A stretch of DNA of 64,000 nt, taken from NCBI GenBank assembly GCA_046306055.1, contig JBKDXR010000039.1, positions 65,039 to 129,038 on the forward strand. The letters run 5' to 3'. Under the pieces are notes generated by a model. The model made no database searches and was not told the origin of the DNA. It saw only the letters and a list, made by a program, of their open reading frames with translations. Source of the stretch: Flavobacteriales bacterium. GTDB lineage: Bacteria > Bacteroidota > Bacteroidia > Flavobacteriales_F > PHOS-HE28. Positions 10,363 through 21,032 of the stretch are shown here, one piece after another. How positions within the stretch are numbered: position 1 is the stretch's first letter; every line of letters starts with the position of its first letter. The position numbers and the translations under genes were made by a program.

Positions 10363-13290
10363 ATGAAGGCCGATACACAGCACTTGTCGCGAATCCTGCA
10401 CCTGGCCATCCTGCTTTTCCTCTCTGCTGCCATGCAGGCACAGACGCAGCGGTTACGCGGCATGGTCACGGATGCCGTTACCGGCGAGACCCTGATCGGG
10501 GCGAACGTGGTGCTGAAGGGCACAACCACCGGCGCCGTGACCGACATCGATGGCAAGTTCGACATGACCGTGGAGACGGCACTGCCCTGCACGCTCACCG
10601 TGAGCTTCATCGGATATACCGCACAGGACGTGGTGGTGAAGACCACCGACCAACCCATCAAGGTGAAGCTGGGCACTGATCAGGTACTGCTGAAAGAGGC
10701 CGAGGTGGTGGGAAGCCGCATCACTGAAAAGCAGAAGCAGGCACCGCTCACCGTGGAAAGCATGGATGTGCTCGCCATTCGCGAGGCCCCGAGCGGCGAC
10801 TTCTACGAGAGCCTGGGCACATTGAAAGGTGTGGACATGACGGCTGCCAGCATGGGCTTCAAAGTGATCAACACCCGCGGCTTCAACAGCACCAGCCCGG
10901 TGCGCTCCCTGCAACTGATCGATGGGGTGGACAACCAGAGCCCCGGGCTCAATTTCTCGTTGGGCAACTTCCTTGGCGCCAGTGACCTGGACGTGATGAA
11001 AGTGGAGGTGATCGCCGGGGCCAGCACGGCCTACTTCGGCCCGGGTGCCTTCAACGGGGTGATCAACATGACCACCAAAAGCCCCTGGATGTTCCCCGGG
11101 CTCAGCATCAGTGCAAAGGCCGGCGAACGCAGCCTGTTGGAAGGCGCCGTGCGCTGGGCAGAGGTTTTCAAGGATAAGAACGGAAAGAACCGATTTGCCT
11201 ACAAGCTCAACCTGTTCGCCATGCAGGCCGAGGACTGGTATGCCGAGGACTACCGGGCAACGGTCAACTCGCCAACACCAGTGGGCAACCCTGGCCGCTA
11301 CGATGCGGTGAACATCTACGGGGACGAGAACACGACGGTGAACAACAACTACAGCCGCACGGCCGCCGAACGTCGCGACTACCATGGTCTCGGCATCTTC
11401 CTGCGCCCCGGCTATAAGGAGACCGACCTGGTGGATTACGGCACGAACAACCTTAAGGCCGGCCTTAGCCTGCACTATATGATCCGTGACAGCGTGGAAG
11501 CCATCCTGGCCAGCAACTACAGCACGGGCAGCACGGTATATCAAGGTGAGAACCGCTACCGCCTGCAGAACGTGCAGTTCTTCCAGCACCGCTTGGAATT
11601 CCGCAAGGAGGGTACCTGGTTCGTACGGGGTTATGTCACACATGAGGATGCCGGCCAGACCTACGACATTTTCACCACCGGCGTGCGCCTCCAGGAAGCA
11701 AGCGGTACAACGAAGGATTGGAACACGGCCTATTTCAATCTTTGGGACAGCTGGATCGGTTCGGCGTTGAACCCCGGACTGTTGAACGAGACGGTGCCTG
11801 GGTATTACACCCCATCCGAAGCACCGGCACAGGGCATCACCTCGGCAGAAGCCTATGATGCGTACATCACCCAGTTCGTGGCCGACAACCAGGACCTGTA
11901 CACCATGTACCACCAGATGGTGGCCGATTCGGTGAACCGCCTGAACAGCGCCCAGGTCCGCCTCACACCGGCCTATCTCGTGGGCACACAGCGTTTCGAC
12001 GATAAACTGGCCGAGATCACTGGCAAGCGTTTCACGGAGGGAGGCTCCCTGTTCTACGATCGAAGCATGCTGGCCCATGGCATGGGCGAATACCGCTTCA
12101 AGCCGGCCTTCGGCGAAGTGATCCTCGGTGGAAGTTACCGCCAATACCTGCCCAACAGCGCGGGCACCATTTTCCGCGATACGGGCAATGTGGTGATCCG
12201 CAACAGCGAATTCGGCGTGTATTCCGGTCTGGAGAAGAAATTCATGGAGAACAAGTTGAAGACCACGGTCACGATCCGGATGGACAAGAACCAGAACTTC
12301 AACGCCCTCTTCTCCCCTGCTGCCACGCTGGTATATACACCGAAGGAGGACCGCGTGTTCCGCGTTTCGTTCAGCAGTGCCATCCGCAATCCCACCCTGG
12401 CCGACCAGTACCTGTACTACAACGTGGGCCGGGCGATCCTGTTGGGTAACGTGGATGGCCAGTTCGAGGCCGGAAAGGACAGCCTGATCACCATTGAAAG
12501 CTTCAATGAATATCGTTCGACACCCTCCCTGCTGGAAGGCCTGTCGAAGCTGGAATACTTCAATGTGGACCGGATCCGTCCCGAACAGGTGAGGACCATT
12601 GAGGCCGGTTACCGTGGAACGCATTGGGAGAAATTCTACATCGACGCCAGCGCCTACAGCAGTTGGTATACCGACTTCATCGGATTCATTTTCGGGGTGA
12701 GCGCACGGTTCGATGATCCGTTGGCCCCAGGATTCCCTTCCGGTGGGATCCAAGCCTATCGCCTTTCGGCCAATGCCACCAGCATGGTACGGACCCAGGG
12801 GGCGAACCTCGGCGTGAGCTACTACCGCAAGAAAATGACCTACGGCGTGAACTACAGCTACAACAAGCTGGTGACCGGTGAGGACGACCCCATCATCCCC
12901 GCCTTCAATACGCCCGAGAACAAATTCAACTTGAGTTTCACCGGCCATGACCTGAAAGTGCCGTTCACAGGCAAACCCAACCTTGGGTTCGGCATCAATT
13001 GGAAATTCGTTCAGGGCTTCACGTTCACCGGCTCACCCCAGTTCACGGGCCCGATTCCGAGCTACGATATGGTGGACGCACAGGTGAACGTGCGTTTCCC
13101 CGTGCAGCATCTGACGGTTAAACTGGGGGCCAGCAACCTTTTGGGCCTGGTGCCCCTGTTCGACCCTGAAGTGCCCGGGGATGAGCGGTTGGACCGCATG
13201 GTGGACAACCGCGTCCTGATGGTGTTCGGCGGACCCTTTGTGGGCCGACTCGCCTACCTCCAATTGGTTTATGAACTGGACAAGCGCTGA
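10363..13290 (+). CDS. TonB-dependent outer-membrane receptor (CarbopepD_reg-like N-domain + plug + barrel)
   Basis: Signal peptide. GMVTDAVTGETLIGANVVLKGT...TDIDGKF (carboxypeptidase regulatory-like domain), a plug region and a C-terminal aromatic-rich barrel. The 1356-aa ORF in the track has a spurious 5' extension antisense to the RNase gene; start set at MKADTQ (ATG at 10363). Confidence 0.85.
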   Translation: MKADTQHLSRILHLAILLFLSAAMQAQTQRLRGMVTDAVTGETLIGANVVLKGTTTGAVTDIDGKFDMTVETALPCTLTVSFIGYTAQDVVVKTTDQPIKVKLGTDQVLLKEAEVVGSRITEKQKQAPLTVESMDVLAIREAPSGDFYESLGTLKGVDMTAASMGFKVINTRGFNSTSPVRSLQLIDGVDNQSPGLNFSLGNFLGASDLDVMKVEVIAGASTAYFGPGAFNGVINMTTKSPWMFPGLSISAKAGERSLLEGAVRWAEVFKDKNGKNRFAYKLNLFAMQAEDWYAEDYRATVNSPTPVGNPGRYDAVNIYGDENTTVNNNYSRTAAERRDYHGLGIFLRPGYKETDLVDYGTNNLKAGLSLHYMIRDSVEAILASNYSTGSTVYQGENRYRLQNVQFFQHRLEFRKEGTWFVRGYVTHEDAGQTYDIFTTGVRLQEASGTTKDWNTAYFNLWDSWIGSALNPGLLNETVPGYYTPSEAPAQGITSAEAYDAYITQFVADNQDLYTMYHQMVADSVNRLNSAQVRLTPAYLVGTQRFDDKLAEITGKRFTEGGSLFYDRSMLAHGMGEYRFKPAFGEVILGGSYRQYLPNSAGTIFRDTGNVVIRNSEFGVYSGLEKKFMENKLKTTVTIRMDKNQNFNALFSPAATLVYTPKEDRVFRVSFSSAIRNPTLADQYLYYNVGRAILLGNVDGQFEAGKDSLITIESFNEYRSTPSLLEGLSKLEYFNVDRIRPEQVRTIEAGYRGTHWEKFYIDASAYSSWYTDFIGFIFGVSARFDDPLAPGFPSGGIQAYRLSANATSMVRTQGANLGVSYYRKKMTYGVNYSYNKLVTGEDDPIIPAFNTPENKFNLSFTGHDLKVPFTGKPNLGFGINWKFVQGFTFTGSPQFTGPIPSYDMVDAQVNVRFPVQHLTVKLGASNLLGLVPLFDPEVPGDERLDRMVDNRVLMVFGGPFVGRLAYLQLVYELDKR

Positions 13291-13335
13291 TACGCCGATC
13301 CGCACCTACCTTTAGCCACACAAACGATCGACCAC

Positions 13336-15003
13336 ATGAACCGAACGCTACCCCTTGCCCTTGTAACCGCGGCACTTGGCCTGGCCACTGCGGCCAGCGC
13401 CCAGCAGCGATACATCAACGAGGTGTTCACGAACGCCCAGATCACCATCACCAACGATGTGACCTACGGCACCAACGTGAACTTCCTGACCTCGAACCTT
13501 TCCTCGCCCCTGGTGCCCACCGATCTGGTGGCGCTGCAGACCGCAGTGTCCTTGGGCCAGCCCATCCCCGCTGCCTACTTCAACCCAGCGGACCCCAGCA
13601 CGGCAGTGAAAGTGTTGGACATCAAGATGGATATCTACCAGCCTGACCAGGCCCTCGACGCTGTAACGGAACGTCCGCTGGTGATCTACGTGCACACCGG
13701 CAACGCCCTGCCCCCGCCCATCAATGGCAGCCCGAACGGGACCCGCAAGGACAGCAGTGCCGTGGAGATGTGCAAGCGCATGGCCCGCCGTGGCTATGTG
13801 GCCGTGAGCATGAGCTACCGCGGCGGCTGGAACCCTTTGGCAGCCACCGAACAGGAGCGTCGCGGGCAGTTGCTCAATGCCATCTACCGGGCCGTTCATG
13901 ATGTGCGCCAGTGCACCCGTACCCTGAAAGCCGATGCGAACACCTACCGGATCGATCCTGACAAGGTGATCGTGATCGGTGAGGGTACTGGCGGTTACAT
14001 ATCATTGGCCAACGCTACGTTGGACGAGGGCGCCGAACTTTTCATCGAGAAGTTCCGGCCTGATCCGTTCAATCCCAATGTGAGCTACGTGGACACGAAC
14101 CTGGTGGGTAACCTGGACGGTTTCAATGGCCAACTGACCTTGTATCGCCCTAATGGCCAGAACCACGACGCCCAGTTCTGCGTGAACATGGGTGGCGCCT
14201 TGGCCGATACCAGCTGGCTCGCTCCTGGCGATGCGCCGATGGTGGCCTTCCACACGGTGTTCGACCCCTTCGCTCCCTTCACCGAGGGGATCGTGATCGT
14301 GCCCACCACCGGCGGTCCTGTGGTTCCGGTGCAGGGTTCGAACCTGTTCATGCAATTGGTGAACACTTACGGCAACAACAGCAGCTTCGATAACCTGCCC
14401 AGCAACAACCCCTTCACCAACCGCGCACGTGCCCTCTACGGCACCACGCAGACGCACGCCGCCAACAGCGTGCTGATCAACACCGGTACAGAAGGCCTGT
14501 TCCCGATGGTCCGCCCATTGTGGCCAGCACCCGCCCAGGAAGAGGCCAGCCCCTGGCAGTGGTGGGACCCGAACAGCGCCATCGCCCAGACCGAAGTGGC
14601 CCCAGGCATCACTGCGCACATGGCCAGCTTGTCCAGCAACCCGGACATGAGCCCCACCAAGGGCCGCACCTACATCGACACCGTCATGGGCTACATGAAC
14701 CCGCGTATCGTGTGCGCCCTGCAACTGGGCCCCTGCTCTTTGGTGGGTATCGATGAGGCCAGTGCCATCGCCCAAGGTGTGGAGCTGTACCCCAACCCGG
14801 CCAGCGATCGCTTCACGGTGACCAGCGCCGAGGCCATCATCCAGCGTTACGAGATCTACGACATCAACGGCCGCCTGGTGCGTACCGCCAACGTGAACGG
14901 TCGCCAGGTCACTATCGAGCGTCAGGGCCTCACCGCCGGTGCCTACCATGTGAGCTTGCGCTTCGCGGAGGGTGCCGTGACCCGCAAGCTGATGCTTGAC
15001 TAA
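13336..15003 (+). CDS. T9SS (type A CTD) secreted protein, possible esterase/alpha-beta-hydrolase-like
   Basis: Signal peptide. Por secretion tail (LYPNPASDRFTVT...YHVSLRF). Central LVIYVHTGN / VIVIGEGTGG segments resemble hydrolase-fold motifs, but no clean GxSxG. Confidence 0.6.
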   Translation: MNRTLPLALVTAALGLATAASAQQRYINEVFTNAQITITNDVTYGTNVNFLTSNLSSPLVPTDLVALQTAVSLGQPIPAAYFNPADPSTAVKVLDIKMDIYQPDQALDAVTERPLVIYVHTGNALPPPINGSPNGTRKDSSAVEMCKRMARRGYVAVSMSYRGGWNPLAATEQERRGQLLNAIYRAVHDVRQCTRTLKADANTYRIDPDKVIVIGEGTGGYISLANATLDEGAELFIEKFRPDPFNPNVSYVDTNLVGNLDGFNGQLTLYRPNGQNHDAQFCVNMGGALADTSWLAPGDAPMVAFHTVFDPFAPFTEGIVIVPTTGGPVVPVQGSNLFMQLVNTYGNNSSFDNLPSNNPFTNRARALYGTTQTHAANSVLINTGTEGLFPMVRPLWPAPAQEEASPWQWWDPNSAIAQTEVAPGITAHMASLSSNPDMSPTKGRTYIDTVMGYMNPRIVCALQLGPCSLVGIDEASAIAQGVELYPNPASDRFTVTSAEAIIQRYEIYDINGRLVRTANVNGRQVTIERQGLTAGAYHVSLRFAEGAVTRKLMLD

Positions 15004-15025
15004 GGTCATCCTGAACTACCTGAAG

Positions 15026-15058
15026 AAAGGGCTGCCTCCGGGCGGCCCTTTCCTTTTC
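15026..15058 (+). terminator. rho-independent terminator (AAAGGGCTGCC tccg GGCGGCCCTTT + TCCTTTTCC)
   Basis: Hairpin with one G·U pair followed by a T-run, 23 nt after the stop codon at 15003. Confidence 0.5.
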
Positions 15059-15081
15059 CGGTGAACGATCTTTGCACCACC

Positions 15082-15891
15082 ATGGAACGTCTCACCGAAA
15101 GCACCTCGCGCTATAACGATCTGGAGCACATGTCCACAGGCGACCTGCTCCGCCACATGAACACCGAGGACCGCAGTGTGCCCCTGGCCGTGGAAAAGAC
15201 CTTGCCGGCCATTGAGGCATTGGTGGACGCGATCGTAGAACGCATGCGGCGCGGTGGCCGACTGTTCTACATCGGTGCCGGTACCAGTGGACGGCTGGGC
15301 ATTGTGGATGCCAGTGAGTGCCCGCCCACTTTTGGCGTACCGCACGGGCTGGTGATCGGTATCATAGCCGGGGGCGACACCGCCATCCGCAAGGCCGTGG
15401 AGTTCGCGGAGGACGACACCCAACAAGCATACATGGACCTTCAGGAGCACCACATCGGCCCGGACGATACGGTGATCGGCATAGCGGCCAGCGGAACCAC
15501 ACCTTACGTGATCGGAGGGCTTGAGGAGTGCAATGAGCACGGAGTCCTTACCGGCTGCATCACGTGCAACCCGGGCAGTCCGGTGGCCGCCATCGCGAAG
15601 CATCCCATCGTGGTGGCCGTTGGACCGGAGTTCGTGACCGGAAGTACCCGCATGAAGAGCGGCACCGCCCAGAAGCTGGTGCTGAACATGATCAGCACCA
15701 GCGTGATGATCAAGCTTGGACGCGTGAAAGACAACCGCATGGTGGACATGCAGCTCAGCAACAACAAGCTCATTGATCGGGGAACTCGGATGGTGATGGA
15801 CAGCCTGAAGGTGGACTACACCAAGGCCAACGAAATGCTGCGCCACTACGGGAGTGTGCGTCGCGCCATTGAGGCTGGACACAACCTCTAA
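15082..15891 (+). CDS. murQ: N-acetylmuramic acid 6-phosphate etherase
   Basis: SIS-domain motifs GAGTSGRLG, ECPPTFG and the C-terminal GSTRMKSGTAQK are colinear with E. coli MurQ. Confidence 0.85.
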   Translation: MERLTESTSRYNDLEHMSTGDLLRHMNTEDRSVPLAVEKTLPAIEALVDAIVERMRRGGRLFYIGAGTSGRLGIVDASECPPTFGVPHGLVIGIIAGGDTAIRKAVEFAEDDTQQAYMDLQEHHIGPDDTVIGIAASGTTPYVIGGLEECNEHGVLTGCITCNPGSPVAAIAKHPIVVAVGPEFVTGSTRMKSGTAQKLVLNMISTSVMIKLGRVKDNRMVDMQLSNNKLIDRGTRMVMDSLKVDYTKANEMLRHYGSVRRAIEAGHNL

Positions 15892-15932
15892 GCCCTCCAC
15901 AGGGAACAGGCATCACCCTTTCACTCCCGGTC

Positions 15933-16508
15933 ATGCACGACATCGAGCCATTCTGGAACTGGCGGCACAAGTACACCGCCGAGGAGGATGACCGCTCCCC
16001 CTTCTTCGGAGAGGAGCATAGCGAGTTCGAGTTCACGAATGCCGTGTACGACCATGTGATCCATCCCCAGTGGGAGAGCATCGGCAGCGCCACGCTCTAC
16101 CTGAAGCAGCTTTACACCGACTACGACGAAGGCTATGTGATCCTGGAGCTCATCGGCGAGTGGAACGACCTGCTGCATAACGACATCATGATCTTGAAGC
16201 GCAACATCGTGGAACACCTGATGGCGCAAGGGATCGGCAAGTTCATCCTGATCGGCGAGAACGTGCTGAACTTCCACGCGAGCGACGAGGAGTACTATAG
16301 CGAATGGTTCGATGAAGTGAACGACGCGGATGGATGGATCGCGCTGCTCAACTTCAGGCCGCACGTGCAGGAGGACCTGCAACGCGCCAACATCGATCAG
16401 TACTTCCTGCTGGGAGGAAAGCTCAATGCCCTGCAGTGGCGTACGCTGGAACCCGACGCGTTGTTCGAGCGCGTCGAATCGTTCGTGATGCGGAGGCTTG
16501 GGGCCTGA
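15933..16508 (+). CDS. hypothetical protein (acidic, no recognised domain)
   Basis: Clean ORF with coding-like codon usage immediately downstream of murQ. No motif recognised. Confidence 0.45.
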   Translation: MHDIEPFWNWRHKYTAEEDDRSPFFGEEHSEFEFTNAVYDHVIHPQWESIGSATLYLKQLYTDYDEGYVILELIGEWNDLLHNDIMILKRNIVEHLMAQGIGKFILIGENVLNFHASDEEYYSEWFDEVNDADGWIALLNFRPHVQEDLQRANIDQYFLLGGKLNALQWRTLEPDALFERVESFVMRRLGA

Positions 16509-16539
16509 CGCCAGCCCAGTGCGCAGTAAAAGATGCCGA

Positions 16540-17181
16540 TCAGAACACGCCGAACTTGAGCGTCATTCTACCCATGGCCGTTCGGAGCAGATCGGCCGAG
16601 GTGGCGGGCAGGTCCAGGTCGCTCGTGTACAGGAACGATCCACCCACGCCGAGCCGGAGCGCGCTCACGATGCTCAGTTCCAGCTCAAGGCCCGGTTCCA
16701 AGGCGAAGAAGGCCTGGCCGTCCGTACGGTTGCGCTGGTAATTGTTGCTGTTCGGTGGTGGATAGCTGTAGGAAACACCACCAACGCCAATGATCACCGG
16801 CACGGACAGGTGCACTGCGGATCGATGGAAGATGATGGGTTCAATGAGGAAACCACCATATCCGTAGCGCAGTTCCAGGCCCGATAGGTCGATGTTCGGT
16901 TCGCGTTCGCGCAGCACCTGCTCATAGGCCGGGTTCTTCAGCACGCTTGTGCTCCAACAACCGGCCAGACCGATGTTGATCCGATGACCAATGACAACAC
17001 CACCGCTGAATCCCAGCAATACGGCATCATTGGACAGCACATTGGTGTAACGCGCGGTCATACCGAAATAGCCGCCGGTCAGGTCCAGGCTGTCGCCGAA
17101 CAGGGTGCGAGGTTGACCGGCAGGCTGCGCGATCAAGGGGAACACTGCAAGGAGCAGGAAGAGGACAACGATGTATCTCAT
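16540..17181 (-). CDS. outer-membrane beta-barrel protein (OmpW/porin-like)
   Basis: Signal peptide MRYIVVLFLLLAVFPLIAQ. Alternating hydrophobic beta-strands. C-terminal ...LKFGVF aromatic terminus typical of OMPs. Confidence 0.6.
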   Translation of the reverse strand: MRYIVVLFLLLAVFPLIAQPAGQPRTLFGDSLDLTGGYFGMTARYTNVLSNDAVLLGFSGGVVIGHRINIGLAGCWSTSVLKNPAYEQVLREREPNIDLSGLELRYGYGGFLIEPIIFHRSAVHLSVPVIIGVGGVSYSYPPPNSNNYQRNRTDGQAFFALEPGLELELSIVSALRLGVGGSFLYTSDLDLPATSADLLRTAMGRMTLKFGVF

Positions 17182-17238
17182 GAGCAATGTCGATCGGTGG
17201 ACGTTTACCAAAGTTAGTCGCTCGACCAACCCTCTGCA

Positions 17239-17673
17239 TTAGCCTCCCACCAGCATCCGCCACACGACCCGATCGATGGGCAGGCTGAGCAGCTCCTCCT
17301 TGTCCTGCAGGAGGGGAACCCACCGGAACACCTCCGGACCACCTGGCGTTACCAACCCTTGGAAGGGCTCGTCGACCACCGGGATCGAGGACGGATCATG
17401 CACACGGAACAGGTAGTACACACTGATCACCTGAAGGGGATCATGGTGGAACGCGCTCTGCTGGAAGAAGTCGGTGGTGTAGAAATGCCGGACATCCAAG
17501 GCCTCGACCCCGATCTCCTCCCACACCTCGCGCACCAGGCAGTCCTTCAGTCCCTCACCATATTCCAATCCTCCTCCCGGGAACTTGGTGATGCGTTGCC
17601 CCTTGATCAGCTCATCAGAGACCAGCACACGCCCGCTCTCGATCAACAGGCCATAGACGCGAATGGTGAACAT
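17239..17673 (-). CDS. NUDIX hydrolase
   Basis: Nudix box GGGLEYGEGLKDCLVREVWEEIGV. Confidence 0.8.
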   Translation of the reverse strand: MFTIRVYGLLIESGRVLVSDELIKGQRITKFPGGGLEYGEGLKDCLVREVWEEIGVEALDVRHFYTTDFFQQSAFHHDPLQVISVYYLFRVHDPSSIPVVDEPFQGLVTPGGPEVFRWVPLLQDKEELLSLPIDRVVWRMLVGG

Positions 17674-17724
17674 GGTCAGGGTTAACGTAGGTATCGCTAC
17701 AACAACTGGACCGGTCGTTCCAGT

Positions 17725-18414
17725 TCACATGGGTCGTTTGGTGGCACGGAGCATTTCGCGTTTACCGGGCGGTCCCTGCAAGCGCTCCACGTGGAATCCG
17801 GCGGCCTGCATGGTGCGGCGCACATCGCCTTTCGCGCAATAGGTCACCAGCACTCCCCCCGCACGCAACGCACGATACATCCGGTCGAAGACCTCCTTCG
17901 TCCACATACCGGGTTGTGTGTCGGGACTAAATGCATCAAAGAAGACCACGTCATAGGCATCCTCCTCTTCCAGTTCCTGCACGGGCGTTGCCATCCTCCG
18001 GAAGGCGAGACCACCCATGGGCTCCTGCCATACACCCGATCGGGCCGTCATGTTCCTGATGAAGGGCTCATGCAGTCCGGGCCATGCCAGTTCCTCACAA
18101 TGCCCCAGTTCATCCAGTCGATCCTGCGATAACGGGAATGGCTCCAAGGCGGTGTATCGAACGGTCCATTTCCCTTCGAGGCATCGTACCCAGGTCAGCA
18201 GCAGGTTCAAACCGGTACCCAGGCCCACTTCCAGCACGTCCAGTTCGCGCTTTTGGACATGCTCGGCCCCGGCCTTGATGAAGACGTGCGTGCTTTCCTG
18301 AACGGCACCATGCATGCTGTGGTACTGCTCACCCCATTGCGCACTGCGCAACGTGAGCGAACCGTCGGCCGTTCGTAACGGGGCGGGATCCCCTGGCGGA
18401 GTGGTGATATCCAT
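17725..18414 (-). CDS. mnmD: tRNA (mnm5s2U34) methyltransferase, stand-alone MnmD (MnmC N-domain-like)
   Basis: SAM-MTase motif LEVGLGTGLN and the DAFSP motif characteristic of the MnmC methyltransferase/DUF752 domain. Confidence 0.7.
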   Translation of the reverse strand: MDITTPPGDPAPLRTADGSLTLRSAQWGEQYHSMHGAVQESTHVFIKAGAEHVQKRELDVLEVGLGTGLNLLLTWVRCLEGKWTVRYTALEPFPLSQDRLDELGHCEELAWPGLHEPFIRNMTARSGVWQEPMGGLAFRRMATPVQELEEEDAYDVVFFDAFSPDTQPGMWTKEVFDRMYRALRAGGVLVTYCAKGDVRRTMQAAGFHVERLQGPPGKREMLRATKRPM

Positions 18415-18447
18415 GCGCAGCCGCGCCTCTTGGGCGCAGCGCCAAAG

Positions 18448-19800
18448 TTACCGGGTGGTGGCGGGCACCACGCTCGCCACTTTGTCCATGATCACATGGT
18501 ACAGGTCGTCGTCGCCCATGCCTTCGGACCGTATGGAACTGAAGTAACCGGAATGCCCATCGGGCGACAGTACGAAGTACAGATCATCGTCCGGCGAGTT
18601 GATCGGCCACCCCAGGTTCTCCGGCTTGGTCCAGCGACCATCCACCAATCGCGTACGGAAAATGTCGTAGCCGCCCATGGTGGCATGACCCCGGCTGCTG
18701 AAGTACAAGGTCTGCCCATCGGGATGTAGGAACACGCCCTCCTCATCGTGAATGGTGTTCACATCGGGGCCCAGGTTCTCTGCTGGTCCCCACGCGTTCA
18801 AGGTGGCGTCCCAGCGGCTGCGGTAGATGTCCTGGCCGCCCACATTGTCGTCCGGGCGGTCGCTTACGAAGTAGATCCACTGCCTGTCCGCGCTGAGCCA
18901 GGCACTGCTTTCGTGTGCAGCTGAATTAATGGCGGGGCCGAACGGCACCGGTGCGGACCATTGGCCATTCAGTTGATGGCACTCGAAAAGATCACCTTTC
19001 CCCTTCATATCCCGGTACAGGATCATGGTGCCATCGCTGGCGAGCAGACCCACGCTGGCATCATTCCCAGGAGTGTTCAAAGGGGCAGGCTCGGGCACGG
19101 GTGCCGTCCACTGACCGTTCACCAGGCGGCTCACCAGGATCTCCTCGAAATGGTCACCGGTGGCCTTGTTCACTTTGGCATCGTCGCTCAGCTTCCTGCG
19201 GGAGGTGAACCAGAGCGTGTTCCCATCGGCGGACAAAAGGGCCCCATAATCCGAACGATCGGAATTCAGGTCCGTGCCAAGGCCGCGCACTTCGGCCTGC
19301 ACAGGACCGCCCATGAAGGTGCGGCCGTTACGGCATTCGGCCAGGTGCTTGTCGGCCATGTTATAGCGTGGATCGGTATCGGGCATCACATTGGCGCGCT
19401 TGTGCCGCTCGTAACACGCAATGGCGTTGTCCCACTGGGCATTGAGCTGGTAGGCATAACCAGTGAGAAAATGGATACGGGGCTGGTCCGGCGCGAGCTC
19501 CTGTGCCTTGATGAAATAGGCAAGCGCCTTGTGGCGATGCGGTCCGTTCAACTGGCAAAGGCCCATGCGGGTGTTCAGTTCCACGTTGTCGGGGTCCAGC
19601 TTCAGGGCCTCCTCGAACAGGGTCTCAGCGTGAACGAACTGGGCTGGTCCGGCCTGTGCGGCACGGTCGGCCTGCTTCATGAGCTCGGCGGCGCGCTTGC
19701 TGCTCGCAGGGTCCGTGGCGCCTGCGGATTGGGCACTGAGCGGAAGCATGGATAGCGCCATGAACGCTACGAACAGAAGGCGATGCAATGCGTTGAGCAT
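18448..19800 (-). CDS. TPR + TolB-like (PD40/WD40-like beta-propeller repeat) periplasmic protein
   Basis: Signal peptide, N-terminal TPR-like helices, then repeated PD40-type motifs (LSADGNTLWFTS, LASDGTMILYRD, LSADRQWIYFVSDR, LHPDGQTLYFSS, LSPDGHSGYFSS). No OmpA domain present. Confidence 0.7.
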   Translation of the reverse strand: MLNALHRLLFVAFMALSMLPLSAQSAGATDPASSKRAAELMKQADRAAQAGPAQFVHAETLFEEALKLDPDNVELNTRMGLCQLNGPHRHKALAYFIKAQELAPDQPRIHFLTGYAYQLNAQWDNAIACYERHKRANVMPDTDPRYNMADKHLAECRNGRTFMGGPVQAEVRGLGTDLNSDRSDYGALLSADGNTLWFTSRRKLSDDAKVNKATGDHFEEILVSRLVNGQWTAPVPEPAPLNTPGNDASVGLLASDGTMILYRDMKGKGDLFECHQLNGQWSAPVPFGPAINSAAHESSAWLSADRQWIYFVSDRPDDNVGGQDIYRSRWDATLNAWGPAENLGPDVNTIHDEEGVFLHPDGQTLYFSSRGHATMGGYDIFRTRLVDGRWTKPENLGWPINSPDDDLYFVLSPDGHSGYFSSIRSEGMGDDDLYHVIMDKVASVVPATTR

Positions 19801-19930
19801 GGGTCATGCATGTTAATACGGCGCTGTTCATACGCGATCGGCTCTTTCAAGGTTCCCACACGATGAGTCGGATAGCTTTGCCGGGCATCCGATAGGATCA
19901 CCGCTCGTTGACCGAACGTACCATTCCACC

Positions 19931-21031
19931 ATGGCCAAGAAGACCACCACCAAGAGCATACTCGACCAGAAAGCGCTTGATTTCCTGGAACGCTACCTGA
20001 ACAACCCCTCACCCACCGGCTTTGAGAGCGAAGGCCAGAAGCTGTGGTTGAACTACGTGAAGCCCTACGTGGACGACCACATCGTGGACCCCTATGGTAC
20101 CGTGGTGGGCGTGATCAACCCGGAGGCGAAGTACAAGGTGGTGATCGAAGCCCATGCCGACGAGATCAGCTGGTTCGTCCACTACATCACCAAGGAGGGC
20201 TTCATCTATGTGCGACGGAACGGGGGAAGCGACCACATGATCGCCCCCAGCATGCGGGTGAACATCCACACGGAAAAAGGCATTGTGAAGGCCGTGTTCG
20301 GGTGGCCTGCCATCCATGTTCGCAATGGCAAGACGGAGATCGTGCCCACCACGGAGAACATCTTCCTGGACTGCGGTTGCGACAGCAAGGAGGAAGTGGA
20401 GAAACTTGGTGTACATGTGGGCTGCGTGGTCACTTTCGTGGACGAGTTCATGGTGCTGAACGGCCGCAACTTCACCGGGCGAGCGCTGGACAATCGCATG
20501 GGCGGCTTCATGATCGCGCAGGTGGCCCGCATGCTGAAGGAGAGCCGGACCAAGCTCCCGTTCGGCCTGTACGTAACGAACAGCGTGCAGGAGGAAGTCG
20601 GCCTCCGTGGCGCTGAAATGATCGTGGAACGGATCAAGCCCGATCTGGCGATAGTGACCGATGTAACACACGACACGCAGACCCCGATGATGAACAAGGT
20701 GCAGAGCGGGGACATCGCCTGCGGACAGGGCCCCGTGCTGAGCTATGCACCGGCCGTGCATAACAAGTTGCTCAAGCACATCGTGAACGTTGCCGGAAAG
20801 GAGAAGATCCCCTTCCAACGGCTGGCGGCGAGCCGCGCCACAGGTACGGACACAGATGCTTTCGCCTATGGAGCTGCGGGCGTGCCCAGCGCCTTGATCA
20901 GCCTGCCCTTGCGCTACATGCACACCACCGTGGAGACCGTCCACCGTTCCGATGTGGAGAACGTCATCCGCCTGATCCTGGCAGCGGTGAAGGGCTTGAA
21001 GCCGGGCGACGATATGCGCTATTTCAAATAA
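19931..21031 (+). CDS. M42 family glutamyl aminopeptidase (FrvX-like)
   Basis: M42 family motifs (IEAHADEISWFV, LDNRMGGF, EEVGLRGA). Confidence 0.85.
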   Translation: MAKKTTTKSILDQKALDFLERYLNNPSPTGFESEGQKLWLNYVKPYVDDHIVDPYGTVVGVINPEAKYKVVIEAHADEISWFVHYITKEGFIYVRRNGGSDHMIAPSMRVNIHTEKGIVKAVFGWPAIHVRNGKTEIVPTTENIFLDCGCDSKEEVEKLGVHVGCVVTFVDEFMVLNGRNFTGRALDNRMGGFMIAQVARMLKESRTKLPFGLYVTNSVQEEVGLRGAEMIVERIKPDLAIVTDVTHDTQTPMMNKVQSGDIACGQGPVLSYAPAVHNKLLKHIVNVAGKEKIPFQRLAASRATGTDTDAFAYGAAGVPSALISLPLRYMHTTVETVHRSDVENVIRLILAAVKGLKPGDDMRYFK

Positions 21032-21032
21032 C

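Noticed and set aside
10453-12948. 831-aa minus-strand ORF inside the TonB-dependent receptor gene
   Set aside because: Antisense open frame typical of GC-rich DNA (Ala/Gly/Val/His-rich, no motifs). The plus-strand receptor has strong family signatures.
14002-15009. 335-aa minus-strand ORF antisense to the T9SS cargo gene 13336-15003
   Set aside because: His/Gly/Ala-rich low-complexity product. The plus-strand gene has a signal peptide and CTD.
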